Part shown: positions 36,205 to 45,691 of the stretch, one piece after another | Layout of the letters: each line of letters opens with the position of its first letter | Position numbering within the stretch: position 1 is the stretch's first letter | Assembly (NCBI GenBank): GCA_964431495.1 | Contig: CAYSJU010000001.1 | Span: forward strand, 31,574-95,573 | Origin: an uncultured Planctomycetia bacterium | Lineage (GTDB): Bacteria; Omnitrophota; Gorgyraeia; Tantalellales; Tantalellaceae | Direction: 5' to 3' | Length of the DNA stretch: 64,000 nucleotides | Position numbers and translations under genes: made by a program | Notes under the pieces: model-generated | What the model was told of the DNA's origin: nothing | What the model saw: the letters and a program-made list of their open reading frames with translations, nothing else | The model's database searches: none

Positions 36205-36484
36205 AGTATAGCATATTTTTATGGAAACGATAAGGACTGAAAAGTGGGGTTTTCCCAATTCAGGAAAAATGGGGGGACTCTCAGTTCACACCAGGTGGTA
36301 ATACTCGTTGTATGTTAAGGTTTAAAAAATTAAGAATATTTTTTAGCTGTTTCCCCGGCCGGCATAGGTATACTTTATAGTGGGAGATTGAGACCGATCT
36401 TTCTGGCTTATGTTCTGAATAATTATCATAATTAATTTGATTTTAATACTCAAAACATTTAAAGAGTATAAACGGAGAAACAAC

Positions 36485-39400
36485 ATGTTCAATTTGTATT
36501 TAAACAGGCATTACATGATAAAAAAGGCCACCTGTATCGGGGTCATCACGGCTTTTTTCGTGAGTTTTATCTATGTGAATGCCAGACCAGCAGTGGGAAT
36601 AGAAAGAATTCCGTTTGAAGTTCCGGGAAAAGAAGTGGGATTATTTGCCCAGTTCAAACCTGATACCTTTACTGTCCCGGCTCACCTGGGGGAAATAAAA
36701 TACAAGTATGAAAGCGCATCCGACAGGTTCATCATCCATATCCAGGACGCCCACTGTAATTATTTCGCGCAGCGCAAGATCTACGATATTATCGACTACC
36801 TTAACCGCGAATATGGTATCAGCATGATAAACCTTGAAGGCGGAGTTGGAGATTACGACCTCACCCCGCTCACTTCGATCACTAACCGGGCTGTCCGCAG
36901 GGAAGTATCCGAATATTTCGCGAAAAAGGGAGAGATAAACGGAGCCGAGCTATACGCTGGAAACAATCCAGGAAAGGTGACGTTGTGGGGCGTTGAAGAT
37001 AAAGACCTGTATCTCGCGAATCTGAACGTGTACAGGGATTTTTTATCCTACAAGGCCGCGGCGGAAAAATATCTTAATGAGCTCACCCGCATCATGGAGA
37101 ACCTGAAGAGGCATATATACACTCCTGACCTGTTGAGAATAGACAGGGCGTATAATGAGTATAAAGCGGAAAAGATGGATTTCCGTGATTATCTCGAGTT
37201 CCTGGTCGACAGGGGCAAAAAAAACAATATACAGATCTCCAGTTTTCAGAACCTGGAGATGCTCCTGCGGGCGATGGGCCAGGAGAAGGACGTGGATTTC
37301 AAGGAAGCCAACATGGAGAGAAACGAACTGGTGGAAATGCTCAAGAAAAGGCTTTCGAAGCAGGAGATAAGCGAACTGGTGATCATGTCCCTGGATTTCA
37401 AAAACAGAAAGATATCACACAAGGAATTTTACGGGTATCTCTTGAAAAAGGGCCGGGAACTAAAAATTAATGTTAAACGTTTTCCAGCACTTTCCACTTA
37501 TATTGAATATGTATCCAGTTATGAGGCCGTGGACCGTTCCGATGTCATGAAAGAGATGGACGAGCTAGAGGCACAGATAAAGGAACGGTTGTACAGGAAC
37601 GACACGGAGAGGCGCCTTAATACGCTTTCACGCAACCTGGCTATCCTGAAGAATATCTTCGCGTTTTCGCTTAACAAGAACGATTACAGATATTATCTGG
37701 AGAATAAGGACTCTTTTGAAATAGCGAATTATCTTGAATTCATCCGAAGGGAGTCCCCCCGCTACAAGATAACCGCCGCGCTGAGCCCGGACATTACAAA
37801 CATGGATGATTACAGGGGGAGGATAATGGGTTTCTATGATTATTCTTTCAAGAGGGACGAGGTATTCATTGAGAATGTGCGGTTTGACGCCTTGAACGGT
37901 GGATCCAGAGGGGCTGTTCTTATAACGGGCGGCTTTCACACCGAGAACCTGCGGGAGTTATGCGAAAAAGAGGACATACAGTACGTGTCGATACTGCCTT
38001 TGTTTATAAACAAGAAGGGATACCAGAGCCCGTATTTTGATCTTCTCGCCGGGGAGAGTACGGGCATGGAGGAAATGTTAAGGACGATCATGGCCCAGGT
38101 CTCAATGCTGCAGGTGGCCAGCAATCTTAACGAGCTCGGCGGGGACGCGTTCGGCAGGTCCAATATAGAATCTTTCCGCGCGGCCGTCGCGATCCGGACC
38201 CTTGTCCAGCAGGGATACCGGGTCACTGTTACGGATGCCGAGGGCGGGGTTCTGTTTACCGAAGGGAAAGGCGCACCCATAACAATTAGCATCTGGGAGG
38301 TCATTGACCGGGCACATGAGCTCCATATTGACAGGCCGATAACTGAAGCATTTGAACGGGGCGATGTGAAGACACTGGAAGAGGAAGGTCTGGGAGCAAC
38401 CAGAGGCATGGCCAGAACATTTCTGGAAGATACAGCCGCCGCTTTGAGAAATCGAGGTTACGCGGAACAAGCGGCGAAGTTGACGGATGCTGCGAACGCC
38501 CTGGCTGATGTGCGGATCAACCTCTTGACCAATGTTGAAGGTTTTGTGGCCCACGCTGGAGGAATGGGGATGCATATCAATAAGTCGGCTGTAACGGATG
38601 AAGCGGGTGAAACAGACATGGAACGACTGGCGGGGCACATTATCCATGAAGCAGTCGCGGCTTTTGCGCGCGATCATGGCGTAAGCACTGTGATGGAGGA
38701 AATGTATCTCGGTATAAGCGATGTGACCGACAGCAGCCTTGCTGAAATATTAAGGGAAGAATGGCATCCGGCAGTGTGGGATATAGAAGCGCGCGGTGAT
38801 AGATTGGCAGGGGGCAGGGATTTTGCGTTCAGGGAAGTAGATTTAAGGGATCTGGGCGGGGAATATTCAGAATTGGAAAAGGGATTCTTGCGGGGCTTGT
38901 TGCAGATATTAGGGCCCCATGAGTTCGGGAAATTCACCAGGCGTGGAGAAAACATGAGTTTGGTTTCTTATGATATACCTATGATGGAGCTGGGCTTGCG
39001 TGGACTTTCTGACCGCCAGAGAAGAGCACTAAGGAACAGAGGGTTCGGAGATGGCACCACGGAAATAAAGATTTTGGGTTATTTGAAAAGATTAGCCCCC
39101 GATCAAAGAAGCGGTGCCAGAATACGTTATGAGAGGAAGTTGTTCCCTGTCACCATATCCGAAGGTGATGATGTTCAGACACGCTGGGAAGAAGCCACCA
39201 GCCACGTATGGATTAATAAAGATGCCTGGGACCAAAAAGTAGCTTTACTTAAAGAAAATGGACTCCGGAGCGAAGCGGAGGCAATAGTCAGGGACGCGAC
39301 TTTGGCGTTTGCGCTGGAGAACCGTGAACCAGACGCGGAAGCCGAAGAGATGTATCTGTACAGGGAGGTTACGGAAGAATTCGCAGGAGTAGCAAGGAAG

Positions 39401-42283
39401 GCTCTTGAGACCATAGGAAGAAGTGCCGAGGAGATAATCGGACTTACCGAGGGAGACTCGCCTGATATGAAGAGATTTTCGGACACGATTTGGCGCGCCG
39501 TTGACTCGTTAGACCTGGATTACAATGAATATAAAGATAATGAGTTGGGTATGACAATAAGCCAACGGTGCGCCGGCGTTGCTAACTTTATCGCCGGGGT
39601 TTTGGGGACCGAGAATGTTTTGATGACGGAGCTTAACGAACGGCTCGATGAATTAAAACAAAGTGATAACAAAGCTTTCAGGTTTTTCGCCGAAAAGGCT
39701 TCCGCGGCGCTTTCTGCATTAAGTGAACAGGCCGGAATGTTCAGCGCTGACGCAAGAAGTGGGACTTACGATATTCCAGGTACTGCCGGGAGGACATTAA
39801 GTGCAGGAAAAGCCGTCATCGATGGGAGGTCCGGAATAAGGCCATGGAACGCGGTGATGGAAAGTATTAGAGATTTTTCCGATAAAAGTAAGGAGTTAAG
39901 ACCGAATTGGGATACTGGCGCAACAGAGATAATGGGCAGAATAGCAGGAGATAACGCGGAAGGGGTGAACATCATCAATCGGGCGCTTGACAGATTGACG
40001 GAAACAGAGGTCAGAAGAATAATCGAAAATGCGAAAAGTATCGAATTCTATGGTAAGGATGAAAAAGGGGACGGTAGACCACAATATTGGATCAGAGGCA
40101 TAGGCACATCATATTTAATAAAGATTTATGAGGCCGGGAAGGAAGAAGATGAGAGAGCCTTCAACGCTTATGAAGCCGGGCTCGGGAGGTTGAAAGATAT
40201 AGCGCCCACTGTTCTCTTGCGGGGACTCAGGTTTAACGGGAAGAGTGTCAATGCGGTAGTAAGGCCTGCGGACCCGAGGAAAGTTGTCGCGCTCGAAGTG
40301 GATGATGTTTTGGAGGCAATGTCAGGGAGTATCGAGGAACTGGAAGCCAAAGCGCAAAGGAATGTTAATGAGTATTCGGACAGTATCGGTAAACTGAGCA
40401 GAGAGATCGAAAAGATCGAAAATGATATCGGAGGTTTAGAAAGTCAACTGGAAGGAGAGACAAAGGAGAGGAAAAGGAACAAACTTACGGATAGGATAAA
40501 TAAGCTGACGGATAAGCTGGCGCCGGTAAGAAAAGAGAGAGATGATAAGCAGAGAATAATGGACACGACCAGAAATCTGTTGAATGCAAGAAGAGCAAAG
40601 ATGTCGGCGATCGAAAGCCGGGTAAAGCAATTGCGGCAGAGAATGCTTGATCAGGGATTTGATTTTCCGGGCGTTGATGAGGCTGAATTCAGGTCGAGAT
40701 GCGGGTTTCAAGTGGCCGATACAACAGGTCACATATATGCGGGACTTGTTCTTTTTGATATAAGAGGCATAACCCTGGCAGAGGGAGCCGATGAAGGAAT
40801 GGAGGGGGTGATCGATCCCGGAATGGTTAATGGGGCATTTCCAGGTGCCGAAGGTGTGCCCGAAGTTATTTACAGGGCCTTGATCAGGGAAGCCTTAAGC
40901 GATAAAGGAGCTGGAGCAGAAAAAATTTTAAGGACAATGCAAATTATTAGCAATGGTGAATCGCTCGCTAACGCGGACAGCATAATGGAAACGATAGGGG
41001 AGGTAGATGCTGGGCTCGTTGAAAGAGTAGGCAATATTGTTTCCAGAATAAATAGTGAAAAAGCTGTTACGGCAAAGATACCGGGGACCGATGTTGGTGT
41101 TGGCGCTGAAAGAATGCAGGAGATCGCCAGGGAGATAAGGGGGAAGCCAGAGGCAGGGGTCAACAGGTACGGGGAAAGCAGTGACATGGTCGGCAGGGCC
41201 AATGATCTATTGCAGAACATGGCCGGGATGGACGAGGCGGCAGGCGGGCTACCGGATGACACCAGGATCGGCAATGTTGAGGTCGTTGCCTATGACCTTG
41301 CTGAATATGGACTTGCCGATGAGCTCGAGGCCACGAGCTATTTTAATGATGCCGGCATATTGGTCATTGTTGTGAACAGTAATGCCGGGAAGAGCAATGA
41401 TTATTTTGCCGGTACGCAAGCCCTTGAACACCTGGTGCGCCACGAGTTTATGGAAGCAGAACCCGCCATTTCCATGGAACACCGTGATATAAAGCGGCTT
41501 GAAATGATAGAGAACGGGATGAACGCGCTTACTGTGCTTAATCTGGTGGCTTTAAGACACATGACGCTTGAGCAGCTGGGCAATATAGCGGAATCGCATG
41601 AGCTTGATCCCGGGGGCTTGTTCTACTCGGCTGCCGCGACAGAGATCGAGGCCAGACATGCCAGGGGGATATTGGAAAACGCCAGGCCTTCGCCCTGCGC
41701 TATTCTTATGCCTCTTACTGAAGACCAGAAGATCACGGATGGTTCCGCTTTCAGGAAAGTCGCGAGTGACGCTGAGAGAAGACTTGATAAAAAATACGGC
41801 ACGAATATCGGGATATACTATTACGACCCGCTTGTTCCACATGACGATAAGACCTCCTTGAGCAATATGAGTGAAAAGGCCATGGAGGACAGGGATTTTC
41901 GTGAAGATGAGGGATCGCGGTTGCTCGCGTATGTTCCACAGTTCATGTCGAGAGAAGATATCGAATCATTTAAGACCGGTATGAAAGGGAAAAAGTTCGC
42001 GGGTGTTGTGCAGGAAAATATAGCCGAAGGCGAGACTTATGACGAGGTCCTTCATGTGGTATTAGGCATAGGCCTTATAGATTATTCAAAGTCTGCCAGT
42101 CTTGAAATGGCAGGCATGGTGAAGAACCTGTTGAGCGCAATGGTAGAAGACGCGAGCAGCCTTGAAGGCATGGACCTTAAAAGACTCCTTGAGGGTATCG
42201 TGCTACTCAGGTTAAAGAAGATGGATTACGGTGAGATCAGGGACTGGAAGGATGCTCAGGACGAGGTATTGAGAGCATTGTAA
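36485..42283 (+). CDS. Large (1,932 aa) N-terminally membrane-anchored protein of unknown function, with a coiled-coil segment and the shared C-terminal motif
   Basis: GGAG lies 7 nt upstream of the ATG at 36485. N-terminal TM segment ATCIGVITAFFVSFIYV. Coiled coil at nt ~40330-40650. The C-terminus LKRLLEGIVLLRLKKMDYGEIRDWKDAQDEVLRAL matches the giant protein's terminus. Confidence 0.85.
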   Translation: MFNLYLNRHYMIKKATCIGVITAFFVSFIYVNARPAVGIERIPFEVPGKEVGLFAQFKPDTFTVPAHLGEIKYKYESASDRFIIHIQDAHCNYFAQRKIYDIIDYLNREYGISMINLEGGVGDYDLTPLTSITNRAVRREVSEYFAKKGEINGAELYAGNNPGKVTLWGVEDKDLYLANLNVYRDFLSYKAAAEKYLNELTRIMENLKRHIYTPDLLRIDRAYNEYKAEKMDFRDYLEFLVDRGKKNNIQISSFQNLEMLLRAMGQEKDVDFKEANMERNELVEMLKKRLSKQEISELVIMSLDFKNRKISHKEFYGYLLKKGRELKINVKRFPALSTYIEYVSSYEAVDRSDVMKEMDELEAQIKERLYRNDTERRLNTLSRNLAILKNIFAFSLNKNDYRYYLENKDSFEIANYLEFIRRESPRYKITAALSPDITNMDDYRGRIMGFYDYSFKRDEVFIENVRFDALNGGSRGAVLITGGFHTENLRELCEKEDIQYVSILPLFINKKGYQSPYFDLLAGESTGMEEMLRTIMAQVSMLQVASNLNELGGDAFGRSNIESFRAAVAIRTLVQQGYRVTVTDAEGGVLFTEGKGAPITISIWEVIDRAHELHIDRPITEAFERGDVKTLEEEGLGATRGMARTFLEDTAAALRNRGYAEQAAKLTDAANALADVRINLLTNVEGFVAHAGGMGMHINKSAVTDEAGETDMERLAGHIIHEAVAAFARDHGVSTVMEEMYLGISDVTDSSLAEILREEWHPAVWDIEARGDRLAGGRDFAFREVDLRDLGGEYSELEKGFLRGLLQILGPHEFGKFTRRGENMSLVSYDIPMMELGLRGLSDRQRRALRNRGFGDGTTEIKILGYLKRLAPDQRSGARIRYERKLFPVTISEGDDVQTRWEEATSHVWINKDAWDQKVALLKENGLRSEAEAIVRDATLAFALENREPDAEAEEMYLYREVTEEFAGVARKALETIGRSAEEIIGLTEGDSPDMKRFSDTIWRAVDSLDLDYNEYKDNELGMTISQRCAGVANFIAGVLGTENVLMTELNERLDELKQSDNKAFRFFAEKASAALSALSEQAGMFSADARSGTYDIPGTAGRTLSAGKAVIDGRSGIRPWNAVMESIRDFSDKSKELRPNWDTGATEIMGRIAGDNAEGVNIINRALDRLTETEVRRIIENAKSIEFYGKDEKGDGRPQYWIRGIGTSYLIKIYEAGKEEDERAFNAYEAGLGRLKDIAPTVLLRGLRFNGKSVNAVVRPADPRKVVALEVDDVLEAMSGSIEELEAKAQRNVNEYSDSIGKLSREIEKIENDIGGLESQLEGETKERKRNKLTDRINKLTDKLAPVRKERDDKQRIMDTTRNLLNARRAKMSAIESRVKQLRQRMLDQGFDFPGVDEAEFRSRCGFQVADTTGHIYAGLVLFDIRGITLAEGADEGMEGVIDPGMVNGAFPGAEGVPEVIYRALIREALSDKGAGAEKILRTMQIISNGESLANADSIMETIGEVDAGLVERVGNIVSRINSEKAVTAKIPGTDVGVGAERMQEIAREIRGKPEAGVNRYGESSDMVGRANDLLQNMAGMDEAAGGLPDDTRIGNVEVVAYDLAEYGLADELEATSYFNDAGILVIVVNSNAGKSNDYFAGTQALEHLVRHEFMEAEPAISMEHRDIKRLEMIENGMNALTVLNLVALRHMTLEQLGNIAESHELDPGGLFYSAAATEIEARHARGILENARPSPCAILMPLTEDQKITDGSAFRKVASDAERRLDKKYGTNIGIYYYDPLVPHDDKTSLSNMSEKAMEDRDFREDEGSRLLAYVPQFMSREDIESFKTGMKGKKFAGVVQENIAEGETYDEVLHVVLGIGLIDYSKSASLEMAGMVKNLLSAMVEDASSLEGMDLKRLLEGIVLLRLKKMDYGEIRDWKDAQDEVLRAL

Positions 42284-42425
42284 TATCGTACAATTCCAAT
42301 TATTATCTTCGGGATATTCCCCATTTGACGCAACCTACTATATCCAAAAAAGTTATAACGCACTAGTATCTTCACTAGCTTTTTGGATCCTAATATGTTT
42401 AAAATAAAATAGCCAGATTTCAATA

Positions 42426-42454
42426 TTGACAATATGGTTAGGATGTGATAAACT
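42426..42454 (+). promoter_or_regulatory. Sigma70-type promoter candidate for the 988-aa gene
   Basis: TTGACA (42426-42431), 17-nt spacer, TGaTAAACT (extended -10; TAAACT at 42449-42454). Lies in an AT-rich intergenic region. Confidence 0.45.
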
Positions 42455-42532
42455 AAGCTGGTTGCTAAAAGTAATAGTTTATAAAAGTTTAATATAAGCA
42501 TAACACACACACCCCCAGGGGGCAAATTTCAT

Positions 42533-45499
42533 ATGAGGAAAAGATCACTGATCAAACTTTTATCAGTAATACTGGTGACAGTATTCTCCATAACTACATT
42601 TAATCCATGTGGCTATGGACAGACTCTCTCTGTTTCACGCCAGGATACCCTTGCCATATACTCGATCTTCCAAAAATCCGGCATTACTGACGTAAAATCT
42701 TTGTCAGTAGCTCTTACTGTAGCAGAGCACCTTCTGATAGAAGAAGGGGAAATAGAGACACTTGCAAAGGTCATCCGCGACAGGTTCAGGAACAACCCGG
42801 ACGCCCTTGAAGGAGTATCCCTTGAAGATGTCAGCATTGAAGGCAATGTTGTCCAGGTTCCATGCCAGGGAAGCGAAGGAGACATACTGATCGCTGTTTG
42901 TTTGAATGAATTAGTTCAATCCGGGGCAGCTCCAGAGGCAGAATGGGTATCAGCAGGCAGATTCGCTGTATCAACAAGCTCAATAGAGGATGACTTAACA
43001 CCGGCGGAAAAATTCCTAAAGAACGCAAACGGGTCTCTCTTAAAATTACCAGTAAGCCAGTTCGTCGAAACCGAAGTGCTGGAGATGCTTTACAGGACCG
43101 CGGCGCCGATTCTGATAGAAGGACGGGCCATGGATCTGTACCATACCACAACAGTCATTAAGAACATGGAAGAGATCGCGAGAAGGGAACAGCTGAGTCC
43201 TGAGAAAGGCAAAGTGCTGGTCACTACAGCCCTGCTGCATGATATTGGGTACCAGACCGCTGATATTGCTGATTACCGGACCGCAGATAAAAGGCTCGCC
43301 CACATGGAACGCGGCAGTAAGATGGTGATAGATATACTGCCGGCGATAAACAAGAGACTGGGCCGCGAATATTATTCACAAGAGGATATTGCGGAAGTGT
43401 CCCGTATAATATCGATCCACGACCTCCCATCCACCAAAAAACCGCTCCCAAGCGATGACAGGATGGCGCTTACATTCAGACAGGCTGACCGGCTCGCCAT
43501 GTTGCAGATGATAGAGCTCGCAAAGAATATCGGGGACCGGTCTAAGCCAGAAAGCAGAGTTACCCCGGTAGAACAGCTTGCTCATGTGATAAAAAGGCAC
43601 ACAGAGGAAAGAGACCTTTATGAGGATGTGCCGCGAGGGACCCTTTTTATAGAGGAAACCCTGTATACTACAGAAGCTGGATACAACATCTTCACCCGTT
43701 TAATCTTAGAGAGAGCGCAGGACATAAGGCGCGGCTTTTATGGGCCTGTTTCCGATGAAGAACTTGAAAAGCTTGCCGAGATCGAAAAAACGTACCAGTT
43801 CAAAAGGAACATACATACCATGAAGAATAATAACATTATCCCTGTTGATCGAATAGATTTTCGTGATTCACCGCCAAAACCCTCAGAATTCTTTGATGGA
43901 GTAGCTGGCCCGGAAGAAAAGCCTTTTGAAAGGATCGTTGAGGCAACTGTTATTACAGAGGAAGACGCCGCGCGTTATGCGCGGGATTATGAAGGCGTTG
44001 CGACGTCAGCTCATGAGGGCCGGGTGGGAGCGCCTGATGGAGATGGAACTGTTCTTTTGAACTTGGTCGATCCTCAAATCGGAGAGCTTATTAATGACAC
44101 CGAGAGTTTGCTATACAAAATAGTAGAGAAAGCGGATCCCCGGTTCGTTTCTTTCCATATTGGTTATTCCAGCAGGACGCTCCAGAGAGTTCCTTACGCT
44201 GACCCAAGGACTATAAAGGGAAGAACTACCGCAGCGGAACATGCCCCGCCATTATCAAGAGAAGAGCTTATGGAAGAAATGTCCAGGAACATCAACACGT
44301 TGAGGACAAATTTAGAGAAAAAGGGATTCGAGGGAGAATTTTTAATAGAATCGCTCGATTATGCGCCCGGCGGCGCTTACGAACACATGTGCGAACCGTC
44401 TTTTATCAAAGAACTTCTTGAACGAACAGGCGCGAAATTTTTACTGGATGTTGCCCATATTTTTATAAGTTCCAGGAACCTGCCGGCATATTCGGAAAAA
44501 GATCATATGGATTATGTGAAGGAACTGATCAATGAAGAGACTGTCGGATTAGTCGGAGAGATGCATCTCTCAGTGCCGTATTTTATGCAGGACGATAATT
44601 TGTGGGCCGATTTTCATATGCCCTTTTCTTTCAGGGGAGAAGAGTCAGGAAGGGAATACCTGGATGAGATAATAAAATATGTTGTAGTTTTGAGAAAAAA
44701 AGCAGGATTAGTCGAGCCGCTCCCGGTTGCTTTTGAGACCGGTAGAGAGAATTTCGACAAAGATATCGAAGAACTCGAGAAGCTTTTGACCGAAGCTTCC
44801 CAGGATCAGCATCGGATAGAAGAAGTGACCGCACCAAAGGACTGGCGCGGGACGGGTAATCCCGGGATAGCTCCTTTAACCGGTGACGAAAGCGATGCAT
44901 TTACGACCGCCTATATGGATATGATCGCGGTGAACGGGATCAACATGGAACTCCTTGTCCCTGTGGAAAGCGGCAAGACCCTCTGGCACGTAATTCCAAT
45001 AGACCTTGTCCCTTTTGATATAAGACCGGATTTTATACACGCCATTGAAGCTATAAACAGGGATTTCCCTGATCTAAGGGAAAAGATAGAGGTAGTAACT
45101 GATCGCCAGGACCTGGCTGCAGTGGTTGAAAGACTGGCCGCGGACCCGGCCAACATAGTCGATGTCGCTGTTCCGGGCGCGGATCACCTGGAAGGATTAC
45201 CAGGGAATGTAAAGGCGCTGGTGTTCGAAGGGGAACTGGGTGATTTCAGGCAGTTGGAAGGCATCCTTGCCGCGTTAAGGGCCCTGCAGCAGAGCAATGT
45301 CGACACATTGTTAAGGCTCTATCAGGTTCTCACCGGACAGTCCTTTGAAGGGGATGAAGAAGACATCAGAAAGAATATCGCTAATCCCAAACAGCTTGCC
45401 AGTATCATAATATTCAACCTGAAACCTATTGAAGTGCAGGACTTCGATGAGCTTAAACGGCTTAACGAAAACCTCCTGAAGATCCTCCGCGCGGCGTAA
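42533..45499 (+). CDS. Secreted/anchored 988-aa fusion protein: signal peptide + HD-domain phosphohydrolase + DUF692 (UPF0276/MbnB-like) TIM-barrel-like region + shared C-terminal domain
   Basis: Signal sequence MRKRSLIKLLSVILVTVFSITTF. HD motif H...ALLHDIGY at nt ~43130-43260. DUF692-like motif series at nt ~44134-44630: FVSFHIGYSS, FLIESLDY, FLLDVAHIFIS, GEMHLSVPY, ADFHMPF. C-terminus IIIFNLKPIEVQDFDELKRLNENLLKILRAA. Confidence 0.8.
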   Translation: MRKRSLIKLLSVILVTVFSITTFNPCGYGQTLSVSRQDTLAIYSIFQKSGITDVKSLSVALTVAEHLLIEEGEIETLAKVIRDRFRNNPDALEGVSLEDVSIEGNVVQVPCQGSEGDILIAVCLNELVQSGAAPEAEWVSAGRFAVSTSSIEDDLTPAEKFLKNANGSLLKLPVSQFVETEVLEMLYRTAAPILIEGRAMDLYHTTTVIKNMEEIARREQLSPEKGKVLVTTALLHDIGYQTADIADYRTADKRLAHMERGSKMVIDILPAINKRLGREYYSQEDIAEVSRIISIHDLPSTKKPLPSDDRMALTFRQADRLAMLQMIELAKNIGDRSKPESRVTPVEQLAHVIKRHTEERDLYEDVPRGTLFIEETLYTTEAGYNIFTRLILERAQDIRRGFYGPVSDEELEKLAEIEKTYQFKRNIHTMKNNNIIPVDRIDFRDSPPKPSEFFDGVAGPEEKPFERIVEATVITEEDAARYARDYEGVATSAHEGRVGAPDGDGTVLLNLVDPQIGELINDTESLLYKIVEKADPRFVSFHIGYSSRTLQRVPYADPRTIKGRTTAAEHAPPLSREELMEEMSRNINTLRTNLEKKGFEGEFLIESLDYAPGGAYEHMCEPSFIKELLERTGAKFLLDVAHIFISSRNLPAYSEKDHMDYVKELINEETVGLVGEMHLSVPYFMQDDNLWADFHMPFSFRGEESGREYLDEIIKYVVVLRKKAGLVEPLPVAFETGRENFDKDIEELEKLLTEASQDQHRIEEVTAPKDWRGTGNPGIAPLTGDESDAFTTAYMDMIAVNGINMELLVPVESGKTLWHVIPIDLVPFDIRPDFIHAIEAINRDFPDLREKIEVVTDRQDLAAVVERLAADPANIVDVAVPGADHLEGLPGNVKALVFEGELGDFRQLEGILAALRALQQSNVDTLLRLYQVLTGQSFEGDEEDIRKNIANPKQLASIIIFNLKPIEVQDFDELKRLNENLLKILRAA

Positions 45500-45500
45500 T

Positions 45501-45531
45501 TAGTCCATAGTCCATAGCCGATAGTCCATAG
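45501..45531. repeat. Short direct word repeats TAGTCCATAG / TCCATAG / TAGTCCATAG
   Basis: TAGTCCATAG occurs at 45501 and 45522, with TCCATAG at 45511. The block lies directly after the stop codon at 45497-45499. Confidence 0.6.
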
Positions 45532-45610
45532 TAATGCAGTGGTTTTGATCTATCCAACCCCAATTTATCAAACTCCAAACATCCCGAATTCCGTCAAATC
45601 AAAAAATATG

Positions 45611-45638
45611 TTGGCAATTCCCGTTTTAAATGTATAAT
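45611..45638 (+). promoter_or_regulatory. Sigma70-type promoter candidate for mgtE
   Basis: TTGGCA (45611-45616), 16-nt spacer, TATAAT (45633-45638) with TG immediately upstream. Confidence 0.4.
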
Positions 45639-45691
45639 TAATATTATATTGGTGCGATACTAAACCATCCAAACCATCCGGGTACCGTGAT

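Noticed and set aside
45501-45531. A CRISPR array, here or anywhere else in the window
   Set aside because: The repeats are only 7-10 nt long with no regular spacers. No 25-40-nt direct repeats with spacer periodicity were seen, and no cas genes.
45500-45691. Possible M-box (Mg2+) riboswitch upstream of mgtE
   Set aside because: The distance from the predicted -10 box to the ATG is only about 50 nt, far shorter than an M-box aptamer. No extended conserved structure is visible.
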